A stretch of 64,000 nucleotides of DNA from a virus, in IMG/VR virus record IMGVR_UViG_3300020477_001012, positions 96,001 to 160,000 of that record, one strand, 5' to 3'. The position numbers were made by a program, and so were the translations under genes. Numbering within the stretch: the stretch's first letter is position 1; every line of letters starts with the position of its first letter. This document shows positions 39,001 to 48,500 of the stretch, one piece after another. Under the pieces are notes generated by a model. It was given only the letters and a program-made list of their open reading frames with translations. It was not told the origin of the DNA and did not search any database.

Positions 39001-42000
39001 CTTTTATGCCGCTCAACATTCTGTCGTGGGTTTCCTGTTTTAGGTCAGCTAGATCTGGGTCTATCATACTTGGAATCCACGTATGGTGGAACCAACTCGG
39101 CCCCTCTGGCTCTTGCTTTGGCTCAGACCCTTTGTATGTCTCGAAGACCATAACATCCACGTTGATTTGTGGCTGGAATTCTTCTGGCGTCTGGGCGTTC
39201 CATGGAGCGGAGAAATATTTATACAATATGTCCCACTTGCCCGCTGCGTTTCCAATTCGACCAATGTCGGCTTCACTGTATTGAAACTCATCAATGAACA
39301 CAAACATGCAAACCGGAATGCCCGACGTTTGAATATCCTGAAACTTGCGGCTCCACCCAGCAAACGGGGCGCCAACGATAATGGTCTCTCTGTCTCCGCT
39401 AGCCCCGATGTCTAATGAGCTGCCAAACCTTCTGCCCTCTTGGCCAATATTCCATCTTTGGCCGGAAATACTAAATGTATCAAATTTAATAAGGTTGTCT
39501 ACTACCTTGCTGACATAATCCCTTCTGAAACCTGACGGCAGCATGAGTTGGTCCTGCATCTGCCAGTCTGCCTTCTTGCCCGCAACATCAGCTCCACGCC
39601 GATACACGAACGCAGAGCCTGCGTCTGGTATCATGTGCCCAGAACTATCTGCTATTTCTCTACGCGGAGCAGAAACAACCATGGCATCATCCATCACAGC
39701 CACGGCCTTGCCATACTGATCTTGCAGGTCTCGGGTGTTAGGAGGCGTGAGTGATGCATCGCCGCTCATGTGTGGGTAGTCGCCAATCATCTTGGCACCA
39801 GAATATACTAAGTTTTGATCGCAATCAGCGGTGCAGCATCCACTATCTGAATAGAAATCAGGCCCGCAGATTCCATACTCCCAGTCCTCAAAGTTTCTGG
39901 GAACCTTAATGGCATCAGTAGAGCCGGTGGTGATTTTCATTGTTGCCCAATATGGGGCGTGCGGGATAAGATTCCGACTTTTTCTTATACCATAATAATT
40001 GCCACTGTAGCCCAGCCCGCCAGAGAAGTTTATAGCCCCAGAGTTGGTATATAAACCAACAGCCCTGAAAATTCCCCCGTCATTACACGTCTCTTCTCTC
40101 CAGACTGTGTCATCAGTAACAATCGCCTTGTCAATGGCTTTGCGTGGGCTGTCACTCAGACAATGACCATAACCAATAAGGTCCACACCTCTTATTTCAT
40201 TGCCAACAGGTAACGATGCATATGTGTTGTCTTCTATATTTATACCGGTTCCATAATTATAATTGAACCAATTGAAGAACGTAGAGCCAACACCCCCGTA
40301 ATTGGACATAAACAGGTTCATACCCAGTTGCGGGCTACCAGTCGTCCCCGTCCCACTGGATGAGGCAAAACTGGTGGTAAGATCATCCCCATAAAGCACT
40401 AAGTTCATGTTCTCAGAAAGCAGCGGTGTGCCCTCTATGAACAGGTTCATCTTAACTAATGGTAAAGAATCCACCAAAGATGTAGAACCAAGGGTAAACA
40501 GGTTCAACAAAGTAGAAGAAGCTACCGGATCGGCAGCGTGAGTGTTTGCAAGGACCAACGGCATAGAATCTCTAAGGCCCACAGAACCACTGGTGGCATA
40601 AGTAAACAGTGGTAATAGCCCGCCGCTTGGAACATAAGATAGATCGTCGTTCCGAATCGAAAGCGGGAAGATAGCTGACCCAAGCCCAACACCTTCAACA
40701 TTTAAGTTAAATGCCCCACTGCCATCAGTAATTGGATAATATTTACCAGAAACATTAAGATTGATTCCAGAACTTTGCGTTACATAGCTTAGGGTGTTAA
40801 GGTGGAGACTTTGCAACTCTCTAAATGAACCACTAGTGAATAGCGTAAGGCCAGAGCCGTTATAACCACCAGCTCCCCCGGTTCCAGAGCTGCCCAGCCC
40901 TATCGGCCCGACAGCAAACAAGTTTAATATACCGCTGTCAGACGGAGCGTAGTTCTTTAAGAATAAGTCCAGATTTTGCGCAACAACATTACCACCACTG
41001 GCGATCAAGTTTACGTTAGAATTGGCATCAGTGTCCTTAACGTATGCATCATCCAATCTCACATGGGAGGTATGGATATTAATTCTAGACTCAAACGGTT
41101 TGCCAGAAGGATACACCAAGTCATATTGCAGGAACATGTCGTCGACATCCTGCGAATAATATTTCTCAGAGAATTCGCTAAGAACAGGCTCGTCTGGGAA
41201 GAGCGCCCACTGTTCAGACGTGTCTACTAGACTATCATATGTAAACTTACTGTCAACCCTCATAATACAGCTTGAAGGCTCTAAATAATGTATGTCTCTA
41301 TTGATCAGGCCCCAGTTAGGCTCATCAGGAACCCAGTACGGTTCTTTCTTCTTGGTGTACAAACTAACAATAAGCTTGGGTCCAACCGTGCCCGTACAAT
41401 TTGGCCACACAATATCATGGTCAGTTTTGTGCTCCATTACGGTTTCGACAACCAAGGCCCTATCGGAGAATACATAATCACGAGGTAAGTCTTTGGTAAT
41501 CCTTCTTTGGGTAGAATAGAAGTTGTCAGAGGTATCACTCAAATGGAATCGCAAGAAGTCATTCTCGATCTGAGTATGATACGACACCCCACTGTCAACG
41601 TTTGAAGGAAGTGTTAGATCGTTTCTGGTTATATATCCAGAACCATCATGGTTGATATTAAAGCTAACAAGGTCGCGGCCAGTACGCTTGGTGAGCTGAT
41701 TAAACGCTATGCCAAACTGGCAATACTTGAACGCACCTATATCCCAATCTGAATAAGTATTCTCATTAACATAATCCCAGAGCTTAAACGTATCAATATG
41801 ATAATCTTCATCTGGACTGTAGAACTTAGCCCGATGATTGTCAAAGAACTTCTCAGCAGTCACCTGCTTGTATGTTGCGTCTGGATTGGCTTCAACAATG
41901 TTGGTGCCGGAGCCTTTGACTCCCACCGTGTAAGTGGAAATACCAAACTCACTGAGTAGCATGTTCATCCCAACGCCAGAGCCGGGAGAGTGACCCACAA

Positions 42001-45000
42001 TCAAATTAGCGTTAGTGGTGTTCTTGTAGAATGGGACTGAACTAGCTCGTAAGAACAGGTGGTCGCCATCAAACCCATCACCAAAATCATGGGTATAAGT
42101 GTTCCGGTCGGCCTCATTGTCAGTATAAAGTTTCAGCCCGCTACCATTGTGGTCGTTATAAGTAAGAATAACGGACAGTGGGAATTGATAGCCACTATAC
42201 GGAAGGGTGTCAGCAACCGTAATAACATTGCCATCTATGTCTTTAGAGTACCCACACAGGAATCCTCCACTATAACCAAGGGCAAAGTCAAGATCTGCTG
42301 CACTGTCCCATTTAGAGAAGAGCACGCCAGAATTGAACAGATTGTAGTCTACTCCGCTAATATTAGCATCTGGTGTGAACCTAGTAAATATGGAGAACCC
42401 GCTAGTGGTGTCTATATTCCCAAAATTGATATTTTGACTGTGGCCGGATATTCTAACAACGTTATTGAATGCGTCTGCAATACGCCCATAAAGCTTGTCG
42501 TCCTCAAAGTTGGTGGAAGTGGAATCATTGGTCATGGATGTCCAGTCACTTGTCTTATAAGCCCCGCTATAACCCGGGAGTTGGTCACTGAACAATGTGC
42601 CGCTGCTAAATCTCCAGCCGATGTTTTTGTATATCTCAGGAGTAGTGCTAAACAGGCCGCTCACGTTGCCGAAGCCACTCCCCAGTGGGCGAGACTTAAC
42701 ATAGAGACCGTCCATCTCGTCAAAATCATAAAATCCAGACAGGAACGGGAAGTCCATGTGCGGATTCTCAAACCCGAACCCAAACATGTCTGGGTCAAAC
42801 GGACCACGGACGGTGCCCTCCATCCCTCTCCATCGACGGGAATAATTAGATTTTATACTAGAGGGCGTAGTAAAGGCGTGGGGAATTCCCTCAATCGTGG
42901 AAATTGGCCCATAACCGGAACCCGCATTAAGCATGTCATCTGTAGAGCCGCGCGATATCGGATAGATCGACCCTTCGGACCTACCATCCTGTATCTTGCG
43001 TATCTTATCCCCACCCTCAATGGACAACTTGAGGGCATTTTGCGGCTTGTACCTAACCAGCAAATGCACGCTTGCGATGCTGGCCCCACTGGGGAGTGGG
43101 TATATGTCTAAGTATAAGTGCTCAAAAAGAGAACTCATGCTGTAGTCTCTGGATTGACCCAGAGTTACCCGGTCGTCATATATCTTAAGTGGCACTTCAT
43201 AGTCGACAAAGTCGGTAGTGCTGACCACAGGATAGTTTGTCAAAGAGTAGTGATCGCCCCCAAGGTTTCCACTAGTTTCAGTGTATCTTTCTTTTTCAGA
43301 TAAACTCTCAGAGGCAATAGCAAGGTCGTCGCCATCGGCCAAAAATCCAGAGGTAACGGGATGAGTGCCATCGCTGCTGATTATCTGATCATTGAGCTGT
43401 ACGCTGTATGGATTTTGCAGAAAGCCACTAGGAGCACTGCTAACATTTAACAGTCCATCATCACTATATCCAACCACATCCAAAACGTAGTTTCTTGATC
43501 CGGTAGCCTTTTTAGCCTTGACCTTAAGTGTAATAGATTCAATGTCAAAGAAGCCATCGTCTACACCTAGCTGGGTTCTGTTTTGAGTATTGAAAGCTCC
43601 ACTGGGATCGAACCAAGTGGGGCAGATGGTCTGGTCAAAACCACAATCAAAAGCACCCTTAGTGACTTCATTAACTATTCCCCTGCCGTGGGAGAATTTA
43701 AGGGTTAGCTTTCCAGAATCCAGATGAGGCCCCGTAGAGTGAAGCTCGGCGTAGTCATGGGCGGTCTCTCTTTGTATTGCCGAAACTAATCCAGTGGCAC
43801 CGCAAGAATCCAAGTTGGAGCCTATAGTGACATGTCCCATGTTGCTATTTTTATGGTGCCAAATACTACTGACAGAAGGCCAAACCCCAGTGTCAAATTC
43901 AGCAAGAGGCATAAAGGATGGGAGAATCTTACGCTCCAGTCTTCGTCCCTTCTCGGGAACTTGGGCAAACAGGCCGATGTAGTCCTCTGGCCTTGGACCA
44001 TATCCGCCACTATTGCATATTTCTAATGCAGAGATTCTAATCGCTTTAGTCGGGTTAATTAAAGATTGATCTTGAGTAGATAATGGGGCGCCGTCTAACG
44101 CTAGGTAATCATCCCCGCTGGCGTATGTATCATGTATTATATAGTTGTCTTCAAAACCATCGCTAAAACCGGGAGCAAATGGATCATCCAACGCTTCAGA
44201 TCTAACATCGAATGTTAATTTATACCCACTAATCTGATACATATGAGGGGCGGATGTACGCTGCCAATCATACAGATCCGCCTTGTTGGTAACAGCCGCT
44301 GAAGAGTAGGTGGAAAAGTTAGCGTGAGTAGCTGAATTTGTATAGTCTACATCTCCATATACAATAATGTCTTCATACTTAACCACCAAGTTGCCAGATG
44401 GATCTTCAAACTTAATGTTATGGATAGTATATCTTGGGGGAACATTAGCTTCATAGTTATTGATCGGAGCTGAAGCCCTGATCCGTAAGCGGGTCTCCTC
44501 TGGTCTGACAAGGAAGTTGGTTAAGTTACACTTATATTGAAATAGCCCTTCTGTGTGAAACGTGTCGGGGTGGATAAATGAGTTGGCGTCGTCTGATATA
44601 ATAATACTGTTGCCAAACTGCTTATCATAGTCGCCCGTAAAGACGCCTTCGTCAATGAAGCGGTAAAGGTTGCCAGACGAGTTGTCTGAGCCAACAAAAT
44701 TGCCCATACCGGCATCGATGGGCAGGTCTCCGCTTGGGTAGAGTTTTTCTACGCATTCAAAATCACCAAAATCTCCATAGAACTTATCGGCGCGGGTTGC
44801 TCTAAGATTAAATCCGCCCAGCATCTTTTGATGAATGTTGTAGTCAGTTGTAAGCCCATTGTTAATTTTCCCCACAGCAGATAGGGAGTTTTCCCCCATT
44901 CTTATGCGACCAGACAACTTAGAGGAAATATGCACTGAGGCCGCAATAGATGTGGAGCACACCCTTGCCCTAGCAAGTCTGGGGTTGGACTGCTCAGTCT

Positions 45001-45466
45001 CGCTGCATAATTTGATAAGGCATATGTTGTCATACCCACCTGAGCACAAGCTAGAAATGGGCGTGTCAGGGGCATCTTGACCCAGACGATAAAAAAGGAT
45101 TATCTCCTTACTGTTGATGCCCAAGATAGAATATGTATACGTCTGACCCGACTTCTCTATGGTGGCAATATCCCCAACAGAGATATAGCAAGATACGGCT
45201 TCTTTAAGGGTGACGGTATAAATTGGGCCTGTACCGTCAACATCTGTAAACTCTACAGATTGGCAGAACTTATAGGGGGAAAAAAGCAGGCCGGTGCAGT
45301 GCATTCCGGCTCTGGATTCTCTACCGCACTTGCTTGTTACAATGTTCTTTTTAAGGGCGACATTGCAACTTAATTTGGCTTTAACCGTAATACCAGTAGC
45401 TGTCAAGGTGCCTGTTGCGGCCTTGACGCATAAGCATTCTAAGGTTTTTAAGTGCCTATTAGCCAT
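33023..45466 (-). CDS. Giant virion adhesin-like protein (~4147 aa) with a LamG-like domain and seven FG-GAP repeats
   Basis: FG-GAP motifs such as FGYSVAIDADMIAVGAP and FGSSLDIG...IIVGAP; LamG-like FSIFTRF...LFSKW...VILTY...LKLYTD; directly downstream of the tape measure gene. Confidence 0.75.
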   Translation of the reverse strand: MANRHLKTLECLCVKAATGTLTATGITVKAKLSCNVALKKNIVTSKCGRESRAGMHCTGLLFSPYKFCQSVEFTDVDGTGPIYTVTLKEAVSCYISVGDIATIEKSGQTYTYSILGINSKEIILFYRLGQDAPDTPISSLCSGGYDNICLIKLCSETEQSNPRLARARVCSTSIAASVHISSKLSGRIRMGENSLSAVGKINNGLTTDYNIHQKMLGGFNLRATRADKFYGDFGDFECVEKLYPSGDLPIDAGMGNFVGSDNSSGNLYRFIDEGVFTGDYDKQFGNSIIISDDANSFIHPDTFHTEGLFQYKCNLTNFLVRPEETRLRIRASAPINNYEANVPPRYTIHNIKFEDPSGNLVVKYEDIIVYGDVDYTNSATHANFSTYSSAAVTNKADLYDWQRTSAPHMYQISGYKLTFDVRSEALDDPFAPGFSDGFEDNYIIHDTYASGDDYLALDGAPLSTQDQSLINPTKAIRISALEICNSGGYGPRPEDYIGLFAQVPEKGRRLERKILPSFMPLAEFDTGVWPSVSSIWHHKNSNMGHVTIGSNLDSCGATGLVSAIQRETAHDYAELHSTGPHLDSGKLTLKFSHGRGIVNEVTKGAFDCGFDQTICPTWFDPSGAFNTQNRTQLGVDDGFFDIESITLKVKAKKATGSRNYVLDVVGYSDDGLLNVSSAPSGFLQNPYSVQLNDQIISSDGTHPVTSGFLADGDDLAIASESLSEKERYTETSGNLGGDHYSLTNYPVVSTTDFVDYEVPLKIYDDRVTLGQSRDYSMSSLFEHLYLDIYPLPSGASIASVHLLVRYKPQNALKLSIEGGDKIRKIQDGRSEGSIYPISRGSTDDMLNAGSGYGPISTIEGIPHAFTTPSSIKSNYSRRWRGMEGTVRGPFDPDMFGFGFENPHMDFPFLSGFYDFDEMDGLYVKSRPLGSGFGNVSGLFSTTPEIYKNIGWRFSSGTLFSDQLPGYSGAYKTSDWTSMTNDSTSTNFEDDKLYGRIADAFNNVVRISGHSQNINFGNIDTTSGFSIFTRFTPDANISGVDYNLFNSGVLFSKWDSAADLDFALGYSGGFLCGYSKDIDGNVITVADTLPYSGYQFPLSVILTYNDHNGSGLKLYTDNEADRNTYTHDFGDGFDGDHLFLRASSVPFYKNTTNANLIVGHSPGSGVGMNMLLSEFGISTYTVGVKGSGTNIVEANPDATYKQVTAEKFFDNHRAKFYSPDEDYHIDTFKLWDYVNENTYSDWDIGAFKYCQFGIAFNQLTKRTGRDLVSFNINHDGSGYITRNDLTLPSNVDSGVSYHTQIENDFLRFHLSDTSDNFYSTQRRITKDLPRDYVFSDRALVVETVMEHKTDHDIVWPNCTGTVGPKLIVSLYTKKKEPYWVPDEPNWGLINRDIHYLEPSSCIMRVDSKFTYDSLVDTSEQWALFPDEPVLSEFSEKYYSQDVDDMFLQYDLVYPSGKPFESRINIHTSHVRLDDAYVKDTDANSNVNLIASGGNVVAQNLDLFLKNYAPSDSGILNLFAVGPIGLGSSGTGGAGGYNGSGLTLFTSGSFRELQSLHLNTLSYVTQSSGINLNVSGKYYPITDGSGAFNLNVEGVGLGSAIFPLSIRNDDLSYVPSGGLLPLFTYATSGSVGLRDSMPLVLANTHAADPVASSTLLNLFTLGSTSLVDSLPLVKMNLFIEGTPLLSENMNLVLYGDDLTTSFASSSGTGTTGSPQLGMNLFMSNYGGVGSTFFNWFNYNYGTGINIEDNTYASLPVGNEIRGVDLIGYGHCLSDSPRKAIDKAIVTDDTVWREETCNDGGIFRAVGLYTNSGAINFSGGLGYSGNYYGIRKSRNLIPHAPYWATMKITTGSTDAIKVPRNFEDWEYGICGPDFYSDSGCCTADCDQNLVYSGAKMIGDYPHMSGDASLTPPNTRDLQDQYGKAVAVMDDAMVVSAPRREIADSSGHMIPDAGSAFVYRRGADVAGKKADWQMQDQLMLPSGFRRDYVSKVVDNLIKFDTFSISGQRWNIGQEGRRFGSSLDIGASGDRETIIVGAPFAGWSRKFQDIQTSGIPVCMFVFIDEFQYSEADIGRIGNAAGKWDILYKYFSAPWNAQTPEEFQPQINVDVMVFETYKGSEPKQEPEGPSWFHHTWIPSMIDPDLADLKQETHDRMLSGIKENGFLRVFPSGSSEFSPHSGIPPIMGLFEERSPSSMNGAAFVHDGVSIIDEFVDFYEQYSYASGVIDPNVDLAATGHVRRVAGSSLDWADTSIDLIHDTLDSGYLINNDVMKFITSGVGQEWANPNAYEFQIPPGSGGRVYIFEKESGIFNCVQEIKPLSVRESLKFGGGGTYHTGGAVTDPSNTAASNEEWLGPYRDEYNDRFGHSVGISQNSQVVSIGSPFTNTPCEIFERDNSENERMYKNLRDWLVFTSMTAEVNRYDDLLAASGKSVAQNVVYHELSQSNKFSFRIDENFWGTNKTIELYKPVYQYAYSDITSTGTWKFILNEFAGTSRLGYSTSVSDDGDIVAFGAPTDSTTLFEDTNVWYKEKNTWASYTNAGAVRMFESRKYIPHSGVVEFTRFGNLDRSAHETERDQGFYDQMGLYFQPDDKSFRRMDFSEIEIPRDAGLAFIITPELDAASDEIIDNIKHWLALGDRTLVLVGNDPVYEENGLYGDSNKLVNKILGKLGSRMRIHPAATKYESLPDCVSSSDVSNDRWNVTKAYVPTYAHTKYDGYKSKISTDNIFAKGVGDIRMDLSDIDLQEMVQIAPCDKLNADVCNMPLKHNGDLRAEWTEECEKTVGRGNKVKVLYQKNWGFHFANPNAAQGCDDYPVDPQPFINRPYKDVSPILTAAEFLPDTHWYIPARSGVRIEKRTIYKFIKKVTTDKVVEFADYNLEEVAFNVAEDSNSNVSGIYNYFDVEKTQGGFIDPDPWPTATAENRRDALVQGRGDWMIESGVKKVNKVLSDESVLALREKYIYDDEDGNPVDDNNNVYLLAHLNGESEEAFDDPNGNCDRNHYFYANLVKNDCDEAPLIVQLGGWTKRQSFKEAYDGSVLLDRLNLYIDTDGNHAVKENQIYNEGDIIPAAVDVLWIANPDGQPDDGDISIIKNWLKGGKKKVVITYSGTDPDTRQTIAENVKVLCEKLGISSRPFFRPCLGDYFVQQSSQVGDSNRQRVDSQDTCNIMTPKQKLNYAEEAISGCELGYGWNSHVNVETNVPKLSLWPKAGEAGSSRLNYIPISGGGDFEKIVYYEDAITDTCTYDTEKTIYFINGKASGEFPVEEGSGYRIFVDWVSETPNEKFTIHGEARNISLSAEEDPNDPMDRVSFNQHEYFNNTATNSVKSTHVDVRAKGSAIRVSLDTDRYKLPRGIIPAKDGDFTGDPLTPRILSISGCPLPIETTITTTTRWIQVPSGEITIEHPWYVPAQSGTVKGAFRPIKHKSERYCNPNARCDDRGDNEIEDGPVIAAEEFEQFSAFPAGGKRSKIVVLSDSTMIQGQCPQYRSDAIKENQKFIRSLYPTSPHEDSALSAYSMNTQKGDDDTGRQFKFTQKLRAPERGSAAKYYAVSGIANTTMPLYGAGGAAGNLGSYVDNEDTYHPANPGFLREPDPLGEKKKEEVDKFGGAEAVNKFGIYPRFSGDFLNEGLYTIDGVTKDFLVDAKTIGGPPDLMKFNGTDYLDFDLYTSGCPGDLFGFSVDLSQNKLVVGTPFNGFHTENAISGVSGIVQWHEIKNDPNRSGMKVSQNGGAGAAFYFERTGSGSNVVSEFLPWEFKEKIKPSSVNVGLDNCTSSQLQLQRGDHNLNSDFVVDHAGRTDKFGYSVAIDADMIAVGAPHHDFATLHDHIYSGTSAFQRKSFNAEFEIPGHKYYDLGSSGVRYDQFGGDSGVMVLNNGAVFNYRHEITDWPNRIKTWQYAEKLYAHGYLARTGTTHGAGGVIVVSGCENDGFGQSVAIYRSERGDSDYTLSVGAPFHDHPTSGNHMTSGLANAGAAYTYDAMLREQLPSIPNAGSWIDVEIFGDKAEDGNNRLTNRVYQNETGDPISYITSGIIFSNVNGDIFIEASGFDPSTKGFVAHRPFVEYVTGDLLPGTPVNATLNLHISGAPHPVSGSMNLTIPGPSSAYVYNNVDLVTFGCSDIASGSMPLYIDAPSGVASGALNLNMTSTQTTEQLNLRVRGK

Positions 45467-45500
45467 CAAAAAATATCCTTTATGTCCTGCATCTTAAGAG

Positions 45501-48500
45501 TTATTCACCCATACCGGCGATTTTCTTTAGTCCATTGTTAGTTGCTTTGTATTTAGGTATTTCGTCACGCACGGCGTCAAGCACTATATCTCTAATGGCT
45601 GGTTCAAGTTTTGGAAGAACCACGTTAACACTGATGGGCGGCATGGAGTTAATATCAACACCCATGGTAAACCCTGTAAGCTTGTCAATAGCATTGGCAA
45701 ATGAGGTTACAGCCGTGCCTAACGCTGGCATAGCATCACCAAACATTGAACCCATTTTCTGCACAAGGTCACCAAATTGATAATAACCAACTGGACCGCC
45801 TGCGCTCATGGCGGTGGCGGGCGCGGTGGCATCTTGTCGACCACTGCTATTCATGGCCCTAAGTATCTGCAAGTTATTACCACGATTAACGGCAGCACGA
45901 TTAACCACAAATTCTCCCGGGGTCAACATGGCAGGAACAGTGTCAGTTCCACGAGGAACAAAAATACCCCTATTGGCATAAACTACGCCGCCTCTATACA
46001 TGCCAGCTAGTTCTCCCACTCCCCTATCTGCCGCAGTTTGCGAGGCCACTTTTCGTTGCATCGTTTCATCAAATACTACTTGAGCATTTGTAATTGTTAC
46101 TGTAGCCTTAGCAACTTCCATCTTCTTAATCTCTGCCATTTGCTGGGCTTGGGCGCCCAACTCTGAGGCCAACCCTCTACCCTCAGCTCGCAGGGCCTCA
46201 GTTTCTGCATCTCGCCCAACCATGACTCCGGCAGATCTGGCATCCGTAATGCCCATAGTCGACAGAGTGATACCAGCAGCCCGTTGCATTTCCGCATCAG
46301 ACATCCCAGTGCCTTCTAGGCTCTTCATTCCGGCACCAAGGGCTGACGGGCTAAACAAGCTAGCCATGTTGGCGTCCCCGGCTCGTAAGGCGGCAGCAGC
46401 CCCAGCAGCGGCTTGTTGCTCGATGAAACCCTCAATATCTCCAGCCATTAATTTTTCAAAAGAACTTTTTTCAGCAGCATTCTTCTTGGCTATAATAGCA
46501 ATCTCTTCCTTGATTTGATCAATCCTCTGTCTCGTCAGAGCCATAAGGGCATCGTTGGTCTTGGCTAATTCTGTTGTTCTATCTTCGTCAATTCCTCCCG
46601 GCCCCTGAAAACCACCGCTGGCCTTGCGTGCCATCTGCACATCAGTCTTGGCTGCCACCTCTTCTCTTGCTCTGGCAAGCTCGCCAGCACTAGCATTGCG
46701 AAGAGTCTTGATCCCAGCGTCTTGGGCGACCAAGTTGAACTGAGCCACACGCGCTTGCTCTTTTTGTTCTGAGCTAAGCTTGTCTCCACCAAAGTCCTCA
46801 AAAATCTTAGCTGCCTGTAACTGCACATCAATAGCTTTCTTCTGTGCCTCAATATAGGCAAGCTCTGACGCCCTCCTAGCCTTGGTTAATGCTACGATGG
46901 TCTTTTGGTGTTCCAGTACAGCCTTGGCGGATTCCAGAGCAGTTTTTCTGAGTGGGTCTAAGCCGGATTTGATTTCTTCAATTAAACTGCTCGCGTCTCT
47001 GCCTCTGATGTCTCCTAGACTCTGAACAGCCCCCATTATAGCTTCTTGGGTAGCCTTGTCGGTAACACCAGCTAACAGGGAAGTTTCTAAGCTTGACTTG
47101 GCTGCCGCCTCACTACTTTGGTTAATGTCTAACCCGCTAATTCGCTTCTGCAAGCTGCCCATGAACTGGTTAACGCCCTGCGCCCGATCAAATGACCGGT
47201 TAACAGCTTGACCAACAGAGCTATTCTCACCCCCACCGACTGAGGCTAAAACTTGTTCGCGCGCGTCGTTTAAAGCCCTCTCGCCCTCTTCTCCCATCCC
47301 CATGTTAGCTTGAGCAGTCTCTATGGTCGCAATAGTGCTTTCTAATGCCAGCGATCCGGTTTCTAACGACGATAAGAAGTTATTCACAGCGTTGCTCGAC
47401 GCGGCGAACACCGACATAACCTTAAGATTATCAAAGTTTGCTTTCGCTACCGCCTCCATCGCCGCTTTCATCTTGAAGGCCGCAACTGCTGCCGCTTTCT
47501 GTGCCTCTGCTCCTGCGGCAGTAGCGCCTCCAAACTCATCAAAGAATTTAGTAAGCTGATTAATGCTCGTGGCATTCTTACCCATAATCGCGGCAGCTTC
47601 TAGTTCTTGTTTCTTGAGGGCATTTAACTTTTCAGTCTTTGCCTGCCCCTCATCCATCCTATTGATGAAACCCATAGCCTCGGTGCTGGACCTTAACACC
47701 GACTCGCCCAGCTTTTCTACCTTAACTCCTCCAGCTCCCACAAATTCGCTCGCTCTACCCTCTACGGTCTTTCCAGTCTTTGCTTCTTCAATGAACTTGG
47801 ACTGTTTGCCCACCGCCGCCTCTGTCGCATCCGTTGCTGCCTGAGTAACGACCTGTTGGTGTATCTGGTCTCTTAGTTCTTTTGGGTCCGTAGTAAGCGC
47901 CCTGATGATTCCTTGCATGGTGAACATCTCCGAAAATGCTTCATTCATTGCACGCTCTTGTCCAGCCTTGCCCGCCCCCGTCACATCTCCTTTGTCTTTT
48001 GCTTTTTCAGCTTTTCTTCCGGCTATCTCCGCTAACGCCCCGAACACTTGACCTGAAATCATGGCTGCCGACATCGCTAGTCCCGCCGCACCGCCAATGG
48101 CGGTAGCGCCCCTGCTCATGCCTTTCCCGACCCTGCCCTTCATGCGGGACATCATCCCGCCACCTTTCGTTTTTCGCATCTGGGCGTTCATTTTCTTCAG
48201 GGCGCGAGCAGCTTTGTTGGCGTCTTTTGGTAGTATCTTTAATTGCTTACGGAAGCCGTTGAGCTTCTGTTTGCCCTTTGTGAAGCCAATGCTTAATAAT
48301 TTCAACCCGTATCTGTACCCTTTGGTTCCTTTTAACGCTTTCCTTTTTGCTATTAGCTCTCTGTTTAGTTCCCGCCCGTATGCCCTCGCGTGCTTCACGG
48401 CGGGATGATAGTGTTTGGCCTCTTTGTTTCTAGTCATCGCCAATTTTTTGGCAGAAGTCCGAAGATTGTTCTGGCTACCAGCTAATTTCTTGTTGGCTTG

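Noticed and set aside
42059-43111. 350-aa + strand ORF, and the many other short antisense or alternate-frame ORFs in the track
   Set aside because: They lie wholly within longer genes that have recognisable motifs, and show no convincing SD or domain signatures.
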